A stretch of DNA of 64,000 nt from Cyanobacteriota bacterium (GTDB lineage Bacteria > Cyanobacteriota > Cyanobacteriia > Thermostichales > Thermostichaceae): NCBI GenBank assembly GCA_033764955.1, contig JANRIL010000017.1:1-64000 (forward strand), written 5' to 3'. Of this stretch, positions 38,646 through 47,548 are shown piece by piece. A program made the translations under genes and the position numbers. The notes below the pieces were generated by a model. The model was given only the letters and a program-made list of their open reading frames with translations, was not told where the DNA came from and ran no database searches. Position 1 is the first letter of the stretch, and each line of letters starts with the position of its first letter.

Positions 38646-40280
38646 ATGTCCGTTTTCACTACCGCCACCCTGCGTCGCTTACAAAAACTACCCCAAATCC
38701 CCGCGGTCTGGGAGGGGGATCGTCGTCCCTTGCAGGAGGGCTTTCCGGCTCCTCTTTTGGGGGCATCGCCTCGTGGGGAGAGTGAGTGCATTCTCTGGGT
38801 GGATGGATCCCAAGGGGTGGTGCGCTCGATGGATGTGGTGCCGATGGATGCCGGCATGGAGGTGATGGTGCGCTCCCTGTTACAGGCGATGGAGCATCCC
38901 CACAGTGCCAAGCCCGCTCGTCCCCAAAAAATTGTGGTGCGGAATCGGGAGGTGCAGTTTTTTTTGCGGGGCATTTTGCAAGATCTCGATATCAAAATTG
39001 ACTGTCAGGCCGATCTGCCCCTAATTGATGAGATTTTTGAAAGTTTTGGAGCCTCCCTCGAACCCCTCGAACCCAACCTGCCTCCAGAATTGCAGACGCT
39101 GCTAGAAATCAAAGCGCGGCAAATTTGGCAAGATGCTCCCTGGGATTACCTGGAAGATCATCAGGTTTTAGAAATTCAACTGAAGCAGTGGGATCTCGAT
39201 ACCCTCTACGTATCTGTGATGGGGATGCTGGGCATGGAGCATGGGGTGTTGTTTTATCGATCCCTTGATTCGATGAAGCAGTTCCGGCATTGGGTGGCTA
39301 GCCAGCCCTCCCCCGATGTGATGGAGGAAGCCTTTCTCAGCCAAGATTGCCTGTTCCTCAACTACAGTGCTGCCGATCCGGAATTAGAAGCGGAGGACAT
39401 TGTTCTATCTGGTCTGCCTCCAGAGGAGATTGAACCTACCTTTGGCACTATTCATCCTCTAGAGGGCTTGCGACCTTTACTGCAAGCGGAGGAGGGGTTG
39501 GCCTTAGTTGTTATGCTGGAGGCTTTGCATCGCTTTTTCCAACAGACGGGCAGGGTGTTAGCCAACGACTTTGTTCCCGAAACTCGCCGCTTCCGCATTC
39601 CCCACCCACAACCGGCAGGAGATCGCCAAACGATTTCGGTGCAGGTCAGGACGCTCCCGGATCTGGCCACAGAATTGTTGGCTATGGGGGAAGCAGAGGA
39701 GGGAGGTCTTCCCACCGTCCTGTTGCGGGAGGATCTGCTGCCGGACAAAGCTCACCTAGCGATAGGGATGATTCCCTGGTCGGTGGTGGAGGCTCTGCGG
39801 CTGATGGGGTTGCTCTACCCCATTCCTGAGCAGGAGATTGTGACGGAGGGGGATGGCTTTCCGGTAGTGATTGTTCAAACCACCCGTCCCAAAGCCAAGG
39901 TCTTGATCGAACACCTGCGAGAAGCGGGATCCCCTCAGGCTCTCTGTTTTAATGATGGGGTGGATCCGTGGAGCGGGGAGCGCTACGACCTGGAAATTAT
40001 CCAGACGGGCAACGGAGAGCTGCATTTATTTGGAGAGTTTCTGCAAGAGGATCCCACCCATGTCATGGCTCGTCGGCGATGGGATCGCCGTTGTCAATTG
40101 ACAGGTAAAAATTGTGGGTTGTTGATTGCGATGGGATCCACCAGCGTCAAGCAAGACGGACTGCAACTACGGCACATGTTGGCACTCTTTCAGCTTCGCT
40201 CCTTGACCCCAACGGATTTGGGACTGGGCACGATTGTCCGTATGCCCCTTGGCTCAGACATCATGGGGGAAGCAGATTGA
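38646..40280 (+). CDS. Conserved cyanobacterial hypothetical protein (DUF6930-like)
   Basis: TLRRLQKLPQIPAVWEGDRR, CILWVDGSQGVVR, RPQKIVVRNRE. Confidence 0.75.
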   Translation: MSVFTTATLRRLQKLPQIPAVWEGDRRPLQEGFPAPLLGASPRGESECILWVDGSQGVVRSMDVVPMDAGMEVMVRSLLQAMEHPHSAKPARPQKIVVRNREVQFFLRGILQDLDIKIDCQADLPLIDEIFESFGASLEPLEPNLPPELQTLLEIKARQIWQDAPWDYLEDHQVLEIQLKQWDLDTLYVSVMGMLGMEHGVLFYRSLDSMKQFRHWVASQPSPDVMEEAFLSQDCLFLNYSAADPELEAEDIVLSGLPPEEIEPTFGTIHPLEGLRPLLQAEEGLALVVMLEALHRFFQQTGRVLANDFVPETRRFRIPHPQPAGDRQTISVQVRTLPDLATELLAMGEAEEGGLPTVLLREDLLPDKAHLAIGMIPWSVVEALRLMGLLYPIPEQEIVTEGDGFPVVIVQTTRPKAKVLIEHLREAGSPQALCFNDGVDPWSGERYDLEIIQTGNGELHLFGEFLQEDPTHVMARRRWDRRCQLTGKNCGLLIAMGSTSVKQDGLQLRHMLALFQLRSLTPTDLGLGTIVRMPLGSDIMGEAD

Positions 40281-40289
40281 GGATTCTGG

Positions 40290-41729
40290 TCAGGCGGCAG
40301 GATCCCGCCGGAGGGGTTGGGTCATCTGCCAGGTGAGTAATCCCGCTAGACCGACAATCCCCGACAATCCCCACAGCACCGGCGGGAGTCCGTAGTAGGT
40401 TTCGGCCACTCCCGCCAAGACGAGGGGCAAGCTGAGGGCAATGTTGGCTAAGTTATTTTGCAGACCAAACACTTTTCCCCGCAGATCGGCGGGGGTTTCC
40501 TCTTGGATCACCGTCTGCATGGGGATCACAACCCAGGATCCCGCCAGTCCTACCCCGGCAATCACGATCAGGGTGCTGGGTAGGGATAGGATGGCTTCTG
40601 GTAAGAGGGCTAACAATACGGCAATACCTAAGGATCCCCACAAACTCCAATGTCGCCGACTCATAGAGTGCCCGCTATGCCCCACCCAAAAGGCTCCCAT
40701 CCCCATCCCCACCCCCGCCGCCGCCAGTAAAAAGCCAAACTGCGTCGCTTTTAAGCCAGGGATTAACTCCGCCATCCGCACCGCTAACACTGCTACCGCC
40801 GCAAACACCGAATAGAGGGTAATGATTTGGATCATGGCGGAGCGAACTACTGGGGTAGCCTGTAAATAGGTTAATCCGGCTTGAATATCTTGCCAAAGGT
40901 GGAACTCCTGGGATCCCCGATCTGCCTCCTGAGTATGCAGACCTAACAAAATGGCGGCGGCGACGATATAGGCTCCCCCCACCACCAGCGTTGCCCCAAA
41001 ATCCGCCGTCGGCCAGAATCGCCGCAGCAGGTGATCGGCCAGAGCCAAAAGCGGATCTCCAATGGCGAACCCCAGGATGACCGATCCCATCATGGTGGTG
41101 GTATAGAGGGAATTGGCTGACAACAGTTGCGGTTTTGCCACAACCAGAGGAATCGCCGACTGTTCCGCCGGAGCAAAATATTGAGTGAGGGTAGAAACGG
41201 AGAAGGTGATCACCAACAGCTCCACAAACCCCATCGGGATCCCCCCCCAAATCTCTTGCCCCTGAGCCATCCACAGCAAAAGGGGGATCCCCAGCACCAA
41301 GCACCCTCGTAGCAGGTTAGAGATAACCATCACGCCTTTCTTAGACCAGCGATCCACATACACCCCCGCCAGAGTGCCAAAGAAAATCGCGGGCAATGTC
41401 GAGGCCACCATCACCGCTGCCACCCAGCGACTAATCGATTGCCCCGCCGCCTGAAAGTGGCTGGAAATTAAGCTAATCATCAACACCAGCAGCACCTTAT
41501 CGGCAAGCTGGGAAAAAACCTGGCCACTCCACAACAGCAAGAAATTGCGGTTGGCAAGAACGGCCCGATAGTGGCTGAACCCCGTCAAAGCAGGAACAGG
41601 ATCCGCTATGGGCTGCATATCGGGGGAAAGAGGATCATCGGCTCGATCGAGTAATTGCTCTGGCTCACGCTCCAATAAGGCGGGGCTGACCGCCGCCGGG
41701 GGGGCATCTTGTTTGCACTCTCGATCCAT
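40290..41729 (-). CDS. MFS transporter
   Basis: NFLLLWSGQVFSQLADK, GVYVDRWSKK motif A, RGKVFGL; about 12 TM segments. Confidence 0.92.
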   Translation of the reverse strand: MDRECKQDAPPAAVSPALLEREPEQLLDRADDPLSPDMQPIADPVPALTGFSHYRAVLANRNFLLLWSGQVFSQLADKVLLVLMISLISSHFQAAGQSISRWVAAVMVASTLPAIFFGTLAGVYVDRWSKKGVMVISNLLRGCLVLGIPLLLWMAQGQEIWGGIPMGFVELLVITFSVSTLTQYFAPAEQSAIPLVVAKPQLLSANSLYTTTMMGSVILGFAIGDPLLALADHLLRRFWPTADFGATLVVGGAYIVAAAILLGLHTQEADRGSQEFHLWQDIQAGLTYLQATPVVRSAMIQIITLYSVFAAVAVLAVRMAELIPGLKATQFGFLLAAAGVGMGMGAFWVGHSGHSMSRRHWSLWGSLGIAVLLALLPEAILSLPSTLIVIAGVGLAGSWVVIPMQTVIQEETPADLRGKVFGLQNNLANIALSLPLVLAGVAETYYGLPPVLWGLSGIVGLAGLLTWQMTQPLRRDPAA

Positions 41730-41946
41730 AGCGCTCCCGTCACATTAGCACCCCATTTTCACCTGTTTAGGACTAGCCCTTGAGGGTATCCGATGACCGG
41801 CCTCAATGTTGGCGAGCACTAGCAGTGAAATGAAAGACTGACCAGAGAGGGCAGAGAATCGGTTCTCCTCCATGCCTGTCCTCCGGCTTGCCTAATCTTA
41901 ACCTGGGATCCGAACGATTCTGGCAACAATCTCTGGGCTGAGAGAT

Positions 41947-42279
41947 CTAGGGATTAGCGACTTCAGAGGCCAAGGGATCCGCGATTTCGTTGCTGGGGGC
42001 AACAAACTCCCCCATTTCCACCAGGGTGAGGCGGATTTTTAACCAACGAATAAAATCCAGATCCGTAGAGACAACCGCCGCCCTCTCCTCCGGCAGACGA
42101 GCAGCTATAGGCTTGAGGGCAGGGGATCCCAAGAAAGCAGGCTGAATCACATAGTAAAAGTCAACAGCTTTTCCCTGCTCCTGATAGTGGCGAGTGCGTT
42201 CCTCCAACACCTCCTGCAAAGGCTCTGACTGGAGAAATTCCTGGCTAGCCGCTAAAAAATAATAGGTTTGACTGGTCAT
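41947..42279 (-). CDS. ycf54: Ycf54, MgPME cyclase auxiliary protein
   Basis: TYYFLAASQEFL..EPLQEVLEERTRHY..QPAFL..WLKIRL..GEF. Confidence 0.9.
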   Translation of the reverse strand: MTSQTYYFLAASQEFLQSEPLQEVLEERTRHYQEQGKAVDFYYVIQPAFLGSPALKPIAARLPEERAAVVSTDLDFIRWLKIRLTLVEMGEFVAPSNEIADPLASEVANP

Positions 42280-42339
42280 GGTTAAAGATACTCTGGGCAA
42301 AGCCCATAGACATTGCGGCAACTTCCGTTAGCCGTCGAG

Positions 42340-42759
42340 TTAGGCTGATTTGCAGAGAGCTAGTATCGAATCATGCAGAGGAACAGACTGGCAGTCATAG
42401 GCCTTGTGCTGGATGGGGGGAAGTTGGTGACTTTGATCCTGTTGCCAGGGGAGAGCCGACTTGGGTTGAGGGTGGGATAACACCGCCAAAGCTTGTGTAG
42501 CCCAGGTTTGCGCCCAAGATGGAGAACCAGCCGCCATTTCTTGACACAGAGCGGTGGCTCGCTCTAAATCACCACTCCGCTCATAAGCCGCTACCAGCGA
42601 AACCCCTGCCAGTAGACAGTCTTCCGAGGAAGCTTCTTCGGCATGATCCGGCAAATGGCAACAGTAACAAAAAGCTTCCAGTAAATTGATGGCCTCCAGG
42701 TAACGTTCCTGTTTGAGGGCTTCAATTCCAGATCGAAGGGATCCAGAGGGAATGTGCAT
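42340..42759 (-). CDS. TPR-like hypothetical protein
   Basis: GIEALKQERYLEAINLLE, LVAAYERSGDLERATALC, WATQAL. Confidence 0.7.
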   Translation of the reverse strand: MHIPSGSLRSGIEALKQERYLEAINLLEAFCYCCHLPDHAEEASSEDCLLAGVSLVAAYERSGDLERATALCQEMAAGSPSWAQTWATQALAVLSHPQPKSALPWQQDQSHQLPPIQHKAYDCQSVPLHDSILALCKSA

Positions 42760-43179
42760 AGATTGTTAAACCATCAACAAGTAAACCGCACAAAAAGGCT
42801 GGAGAAAAGACTATGGTCACCTAGGATAGAAATCTATTGGGTTTAGCCTGCCATACCATTTTTGTCGGGGTGGTTGGGTGAAACAGTGAGTATTTCTTAT
42901 GACCATACTACGCGAATTTTGCCATCTGGATCACCTCCGTCGATTTCCTCTCGATCCGGTTTTCCCCAGGGTTCGGGCTAGGAGCCAGTCGGGAGGGTGG
43001 TTTAGAACCGTCCGCCCTGCTAGGTTCCTACGAGCAAATCAGGCCATCCTTCAGGAGAGATGGTATCCTATGCTATTGATATCTTCCTTTGATTGATGCC
43101 AGATCGCCTTGACACTACAACAATTCGTCATGCCTTGGAGTGGGGTTCTCAGGAGTCTGGATCGAGATCCCTGCAACCT

Positions 43180-44028
43180 ATGACTAGCCTTCCATTCGTG
43201 CCAGTTGGGCAAGAACCTACGTCATCGGCTCGTGCTGATGTCATAGCGGTGGGTGGTGCGGAAGATAAAGAAAATGAAAAGCAGATCCTTTGGGATTTTT
43301 TTCGACGGGCGGGTGGAGAGCAGTCTCTCATCACCATTGTGCCTGCTGCCTCCGGGATCCCGGACGTTTTGGGGGAGCTTTATCACAAGATTTTTGTGGG
43401 GATGGGAGTAGACCGCGAACATGTGCAGGTGCTCGACATTCGCAATCCCATCGAAGCCCGCAATCCCAGTGCTGCCGAGTTGGTGTTACGCAGCACGGGA
43501 CTTTATTTCACGGGGGGAGATCAGGAGCGATTATCAGAGGTGTTGGCTCAAACCGAACTCATGGAAGTGATGCGGCAGCAGTCGTTGCTGGGCAAATTGG
43601 TGATTGCCGGAACCAGTGCGGGAGCCTCAGCTTTGGGACATCAAATGATTTCTAGGGGCTATAGCGGCGAATCGCCCACGCCCGCCATTGTCACCATGAA
43701 AATGGGTCTAGGAATCCTCCCCCACGTCATCGTGGATCAGCACTTTCATCAACGCAATCGCTTGGTTCGCCTGATTACGGCTGTTGCCTATCACCCCCAC
43801 TGTCTGGGCATCGGCATTGATGAAAATACGGCTGCCATTATTCGCGCTAATGACACCATCGAGGTGATCGGAGCGGGAACCGTCACCATCGTGGATGGGG
43901 GCGACCTGGTCTCAACGGTCGAGATGACTCCCCCCGATCAGCTCTACAGTCTACAGAATGCCAGAATTCACTTTTTGGCTCCTGGTGCTGTGTTCAACAT
44001 CAAAAGCAAAACCCTCCTCGCCCATTAG
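43180..44028 (+). CDS. cphB: Cyanophycinase (peptidase S51)
   Basis: GGAEDK, FTGGDQ, GTSAG catalytic Ser, DQHFHQRNRLVRL, GIDENT; start 43180 or further upstream. Confidence 0.9.
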   Translation: MTSLPFVPVGQEPTSSARADVIAVGGAEDKENEKQILWDFFRRAGGEQSLITIVPAASGIPDVLGELYHKIFVGMGVDREHVQVLDIRNPIEARNPSAAELVLRSTGLYFTGGDQERLSEVLAQTELMEVMRQQSLLGKLVIAGTSAGASALGHQMISRGYSGESPTPAIVTMKMGLGILPHVIVDQHFHQRNRLVRLITAVAYHPHCLGIGIDENTAAIIRANDTIEVIGAGTVTIVDGGDLVSTVEMTPPDQLYSLQNARIHFLAPGAVFNIKSKTLLAH

Positions 44029-44162
44029 GGATCCCTCTCACCTAGTGGTAGGCGAGTTCCTAAGAATACGCTAACGCTACGCCCCACCAGTGACAGGATG
44101 TGGAGGCAGGATCCAGAGTAGACGGATTTTGTCAACTTCAAAAACCACAGAGATGTGGAATT

Positions 44163-44195
44163 GGTGATAGTCATCACAACTTGATTCAAATCACA
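44163..44195. promoter_or_regulatory. Two tandem CRP-family (TGTGA-N6-TCACA)-like sites
   Basis: GGTGA-TAGTCA-TCACA (44163-44178) and CTTGA-TTCAAA-TCACA (44180-44195). Confidence 0.45.
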
Positions 44196-44309
44196 AACCG
44201 ATGCGTAATTGCCTTCGTATTCCCTATAGATGAACACCAAGAGAGCCAATTATTCACGGCAACTAATCTAGGATTCATCCTCACCCAATACAAATTGATG
44301 GAGTCGGTT

Positions 44310-44546
44310 ATGAATACGGTACAACGCATTGCTTCTGTTGGAATCAGCACACTCACTCTGGTTACCCTGGGCACATCAATGGCTATGGCTAGTTCCGGTG
44401 GAGATCGCTTTGAACCTTTGCCCCAATCCCCTCGCCAAGGGACTCTCATTGCGGCTTCGACCTCTGATATGGGCTGGATGGGCAAACTTTCTTCTAATAC
44501 GCTAGAGCAGTTGATTCAACAGGCTCAGGTGGGTAAAAAGAACTAG
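44310..44546 (+). CDS. Small secreted hypothetical protein (78 aa)
   Basis: GGAG RBS; signal peptide MNTVQRIASVGISTLTLVTLGTSMAMA. Confidence 0.65.
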   Translation: MNTVQRIASVGISTLTLVTLGTSMAMASSGGDRFEPLPQSPRQGTLIAASTSDMGWMGKLSSNTLEQLIQQAQVGKKN

Positions 44547-44793
44547 AGTCTACTTTTTCCTCAAAGGGAAAATAGTGGTTAAATAGCTTCAAATAACTCC
44601 AAACAAACAAAATACTCTGATAGTTTTTGGGTGGAATAACATCTCCCCAAAGATTGTCAGAGTTATTTCTTGTTCCCCTCAAACTTGGCATCTCCAAACT
44701 GCTTTCTGGGCAGGGTGATAACGATTTTTTCACAATTGTCCAGTAAGATTGAGGGATCCCTTTCCCCAATGATCAGGTAGGTCGGGTGATACG

Positions 44794-45246
44794 ATGCGCT
44801 ATTGGTTGATGAAATCGGAACCCACGGTCTACGGGATCCAACATCTGCGGCAACAGCAGCAGACCCTTTGGGATGGGGTGCGTAACTACCAAGCCCGCAA
44901 CTTCTTGTTGGAAATGCAGGAGGGGGATTTGGCCTTCTTCTATCATTCCAACAGTCAGCCCCCTGGCATTGCTGGGTTGATGCGGGTGATCGCCACTCAG
45001 ATAGTGGATCCCAGCCAGTTTGACCCCATCAGTCCCTATGCCGATAGTAAAGCCACCCCGACCCAGCCCCGTTGGTGGACGGTGAAGGTGGAGTTTGTTG
45101 AAGAAATTTCGCCCCTTATTGATCTCACCCAACTCAAGCAGAGATTTTCGGGAGATGATCTCTGGGTGGTGCGACGGGGCAACCGTTTGTCCGTTATGCC
45201 CGTCGAAACCTGGGTGGCCGAGAATATTTTATCCCTGCGCAGCTAG
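44794..45246 (+). CDS. EVE domain protein
   Basis: MRYWLMKSEP, WDGVRNYQARNF, GDLAFFYHSN, RLSVMPV. Confidence 0.95.
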   Translation: MRYWLMKSEPTVYGIQHLRQQQQTLWDGVRNYQARNFLLEMQEGDLAFFYHSNSQPPGIAGLMRVIATQIVDPSQFDPISPYADSKATPTQPRWWTVKVEFVEEISPLIDLTQLKQRFSGDDLWVVRRGNRLSVMPVETWVAENILSLRS

Positions 45247-45261
45247 AATCTGTCATCAATT

Positions 45262-45349
45262 CGATAACGACCACGTTGAGCTGCCCCAGCACTTTTTCGG
45301 ATTCAACGAAGAGACTTGATACGGTCGGTGTACAACAGGATTGTTATGC
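45262..45349 (-). repeat. attC site (88 bp, left arm degenerate)
   Basis: Minus strand GCATAAC-AATCCT-GTTGTACACCGACCG...GGGGCA-GCTCAAC-GTGGTC-GTTATCG. Confidence 0.7.
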
Positions 45350-45353
45350 TGAG

Positions 45354-46619
45354 CTATCTCATCAACACCCGCATTATAATCGCCAGTGCCCCTAACCCAA
45401 TCCCAACAAGCGCTGGCACCAAACGATCACCCAAAATTCGCAACTTTGCATTCATCGGTAGCTTCCCTGTTTCCCAGTAAACCCAGTCATCTCCTAACTG
45501 GCTTGCTAACTCTAAATTGCCTGAAATCAGGAGAACGATACCATTACCCGTAGCAGGATTGACCCGCACCGTATGCCCTAGCGCAGGCAAATTCCCCCCA
45601 TCATGACCTACCGCATACTCATCAATGCCATTAGCAACATACAAGGTATGCCCTAAACCCCAATCTTGATGTGCCCCTGGCTGAGGCTGAATCATTTGGT
45701 TTAGTGTTTCTTGTTTTAGAACTAAGTTCTTTCGGCTATAAGCTTGAACGAAGCGAGCCATATCTTGAGGGGTTGCATAAAGGGATGCCGCTGCTGTAGC
45801 TGTATATCGACGGTGAGGACTCGGTTGAAGTTCTTCATCGAAGCTAGTTGCTAGCTTATCTGCACGACCAGAAGCAGCGATCGCCTCCCAGTCAAAGCTT
45901 GATTTTTCCATGCCCAAAGGCTGCAAGATAGCCTTTTCCATATAGTCCGAAAAAGACCGTTGGGTAACTTCCTCAATTAATAATTGCAAGACTGTATAAC
46001 CCCCACCGGAATATAGCCAGTTTCGTCCAGGCTCTCTAGCAACTGTGACACCACGAGATTTTCCTGACGTAGAATCCTTAGTCAAAGTCAGCGATTCTTC
46101 AAGGGATTGAATCGACTCACCTGGCAGAAAACCAGCATAGCCAAAAAGATCGTCTAATCCCCCTGTATGACTTAACAGATGTCTAATAGTTACCTTATCG
46201 CTATATTGACTCACGGGAAATTTCCAGCGTTTTAGGTACTGGTTTACAGGTTTATCTAAAGCAATTGTTCCATCTTCTACGAGCTTCATAATTCCCCAGG
46301 CAGTGATCATCTTACTCACAGATGCCATCTGGTAGAGTGTCCGATCAATCTCGACGGGAGATTTTTTTTCGGCATTTGCAATTCCAAAAGGATGGGCTGC
46401 AACGACTTCACCCTTTTGAATCAGAATAAGAGCCGCACTACCCAGTTTCGGCTTACCTAGTTGGCTCAGTTTTTGGATCAAGTAGTTTTCGATGGTCACC
46501 AAATCCCCGCGCGGTGCCGCTGGACGGGCGATCCAAAACACTTCAACAATGACAATCCCAATGACAGTCACAGCCCAAAGTATTATCCAGCCTATCGTCG
46601 TGAAGATCTTGATACTCAT
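45354..46619 (-). CDS. Serine hydrolase, beta-lactamase/AmpC-like family, membrane anchored (gene cassette)
   Basis: SVSK (SxxK), LLSHTGG, YSGGGY, GHDG; N- and C-terminal TM segments; visibly more AT-rich than the host genes. Confidence 0.9.
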   Translation of the reverse strand: MSIKIFTTIGWIILWAVTVIGIVIVEVFWIARPAAPRGDLVTIENYLIQKLSQLGKPKLGSAALILIQKGEVVAAHPFGIANAEKKSPVEIDRTLYQMASVSKMITAWGIMKLVEDGTIALDKPVNQYLKRWKFPVSQYSDKVTIRHLLSHTGGLDDLFGYAGFLPGESIQSLEESLTLTKDSTSGKSRGVTVAREPGRNWLYSGGGYTVLQLLIEEVTQRSFSDYMEKAILQPLGMEKSSFDWEAIAASGRADKLATSFDEELQPSPHRRYTATAAASLYATPQDMARFVQAYSRKNLVLKQETLNQMIQPQPGAHQDWGLGHTLYVANGIDEYAVGHDGGNLPALGHTVRVNPATGNGIVLLISGNLELASQLGDDWVYWETGKLPMNAKLRILGDRLVPALVGIGLGALAIIMRVLMR

Positions 46620-46713
46620 GCTTTTGAAGAAAATCTGGTGAGGAAAAGAGTGAGAGCGTTCACTTCAAGCGCAGTACAAGGTTTAATATTTATCTCCCAT
46701 CCAAGGGTGAGCG

Positions 46714-46844
46714 GTATAACGCCCGGCATCACCGGCGCGGGAACGGGAACAGGCGAAAGCTTCCACGTGGAATCTAGTTCGGGATGCTGGCTGAGTCCCC
46801 CGCAAGGAGCCATGCCCCGCGTCCGGTGCATGCCGTTGTTAGGC
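46714..46844 (-). repeat. attC site (131 bp, intact)
   Basis: Minus strand R'' GCCTAAC-5nt-L'' CATGCACC-GGACGCGGG...CCCGCGCC-L' GGTGATG-6nt-R' GTTATAC, with the expected extrahelical bases (extra G in L'', extra A just inside it). Confidence 0.9.
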
Positions 46845-46855
46845 TGGCGCACTTT

Positions 46856-47413
46856 CTACGGATTGAACAATAATTCATCGAGTAGACAATTGAAGTCGCT
46901 AGCAAGACGCAACGCGGGGCTCAATCCATCGGAAACAAACCATACGCCGACGCGAGCTCCTTCTCCTTGCACGGCTCTCACGAGCGGTACATAATCTTCA
47001 TCACCTGCCACAAGTACGGCTACATCATAATGCTTCCGCATGCCGTGGACTAGCATGTCTGTTGCTAAGGTTATATCAACCCGCTTTGACCCCTTTCCTC
47101 TATGTTTCTTGAACACGCGCGGCGTTTCAATGCCCATATCCTTGAGCCGTTGCTCGACTTCGCTAAGCCTTGGTTGATCACCTTGCACTGCGGTGTAGTA
47201 ATACTTCCGCATGATAGCGGGCGTGTTAAGGCCTTCAAGGTTGAGTTCCGCAGTCCAAACAAAAATGCCAGGCACGTACTGAACCCGACCAACAGGAGCT
47301 GAATTGCGCTGCTTCAGCATGGCGCCGTAACGAATCGCCAGGTTTTCTCCATCCACAAATATCATTGCTCTTGCGAGATCAGCTGTATAAGGAAGTAAGA
47401 AGGGCATCAGCAT
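46856..47413 (-). CDS. NYN/LabA-DUF88 (PIN-like) domain protein (gene cassette)
   Basis: IFVDGEN, YYYT, SKRVDITLATDM, VLVAGDEDYVPLV..GARV: acidic catalytic residues present. Confidence 0.9.
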   Translation of the reverse strand: MLMPFLLPYTADLARAMIFVDGENLAIRYGAMLKQRNSAPVGRVQYVPGIFVWTAELNLEGLNTPAIMRKYYYTAVQGDQPRLSEVEQRLKDMGIETPRVFKKHRGKGSKRVDITLATDMLVHGMRKHYDVAVLVAGDEDYVPLVRAVQGEGARVGVWFVSDGLSPALRLASDFNCLLDELLFNP

Positions 47414-47461
47414 TACCTTGAATTGCGAGAACAAAGTCGAACAGAATCATTGCGTGCGACA

Positions 47462-47548
47462 GCCTAGCGACCACATTGAGCTGCCGCGGATAAGCTAATA
47501 ACTCCCACAAAAACCCTCTCGGCAGTCGGCTCCAACGACTGGTGATAC
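47462..47548 (-). repeat. attC site (87 bp, both core triplets mutated)
   Basis: Minus strand GTATCAC-CAGTC-GTTGGAGC-CGACTGC...GCGGCA-GCTCAAT-GTGGTC-GCTAGGC; right arm nearly identical to the 45262-45349 site. Confidence 0.75.

Larger units (their letters stand above)
45262..47548 (-). mobile_element. Integron gene-cassette array with no integrase in the window (CALIN-like)
   Basis: Three attC sites in the same orientation alternating with two co-oriented ORFs whose stops lie 4 and 11 bp from the R'' boxes. Confidence 0.8.

Noticed and set aside
44794..45246. EVE gene as part of a defence island with the cassettes
   Set aside because: It lies outside the last attC, is convergent, contains host GGATCC sites and is a common cyanobacterial gene
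46616..46852. 78 aa ORF (MRQPNNGMHRTR...) between the NYN and hydrolase genes as a possible antitoxin
   Set aside because: It is the translation of the attC site; PNN-MH-T is a typical attC read-through artefact
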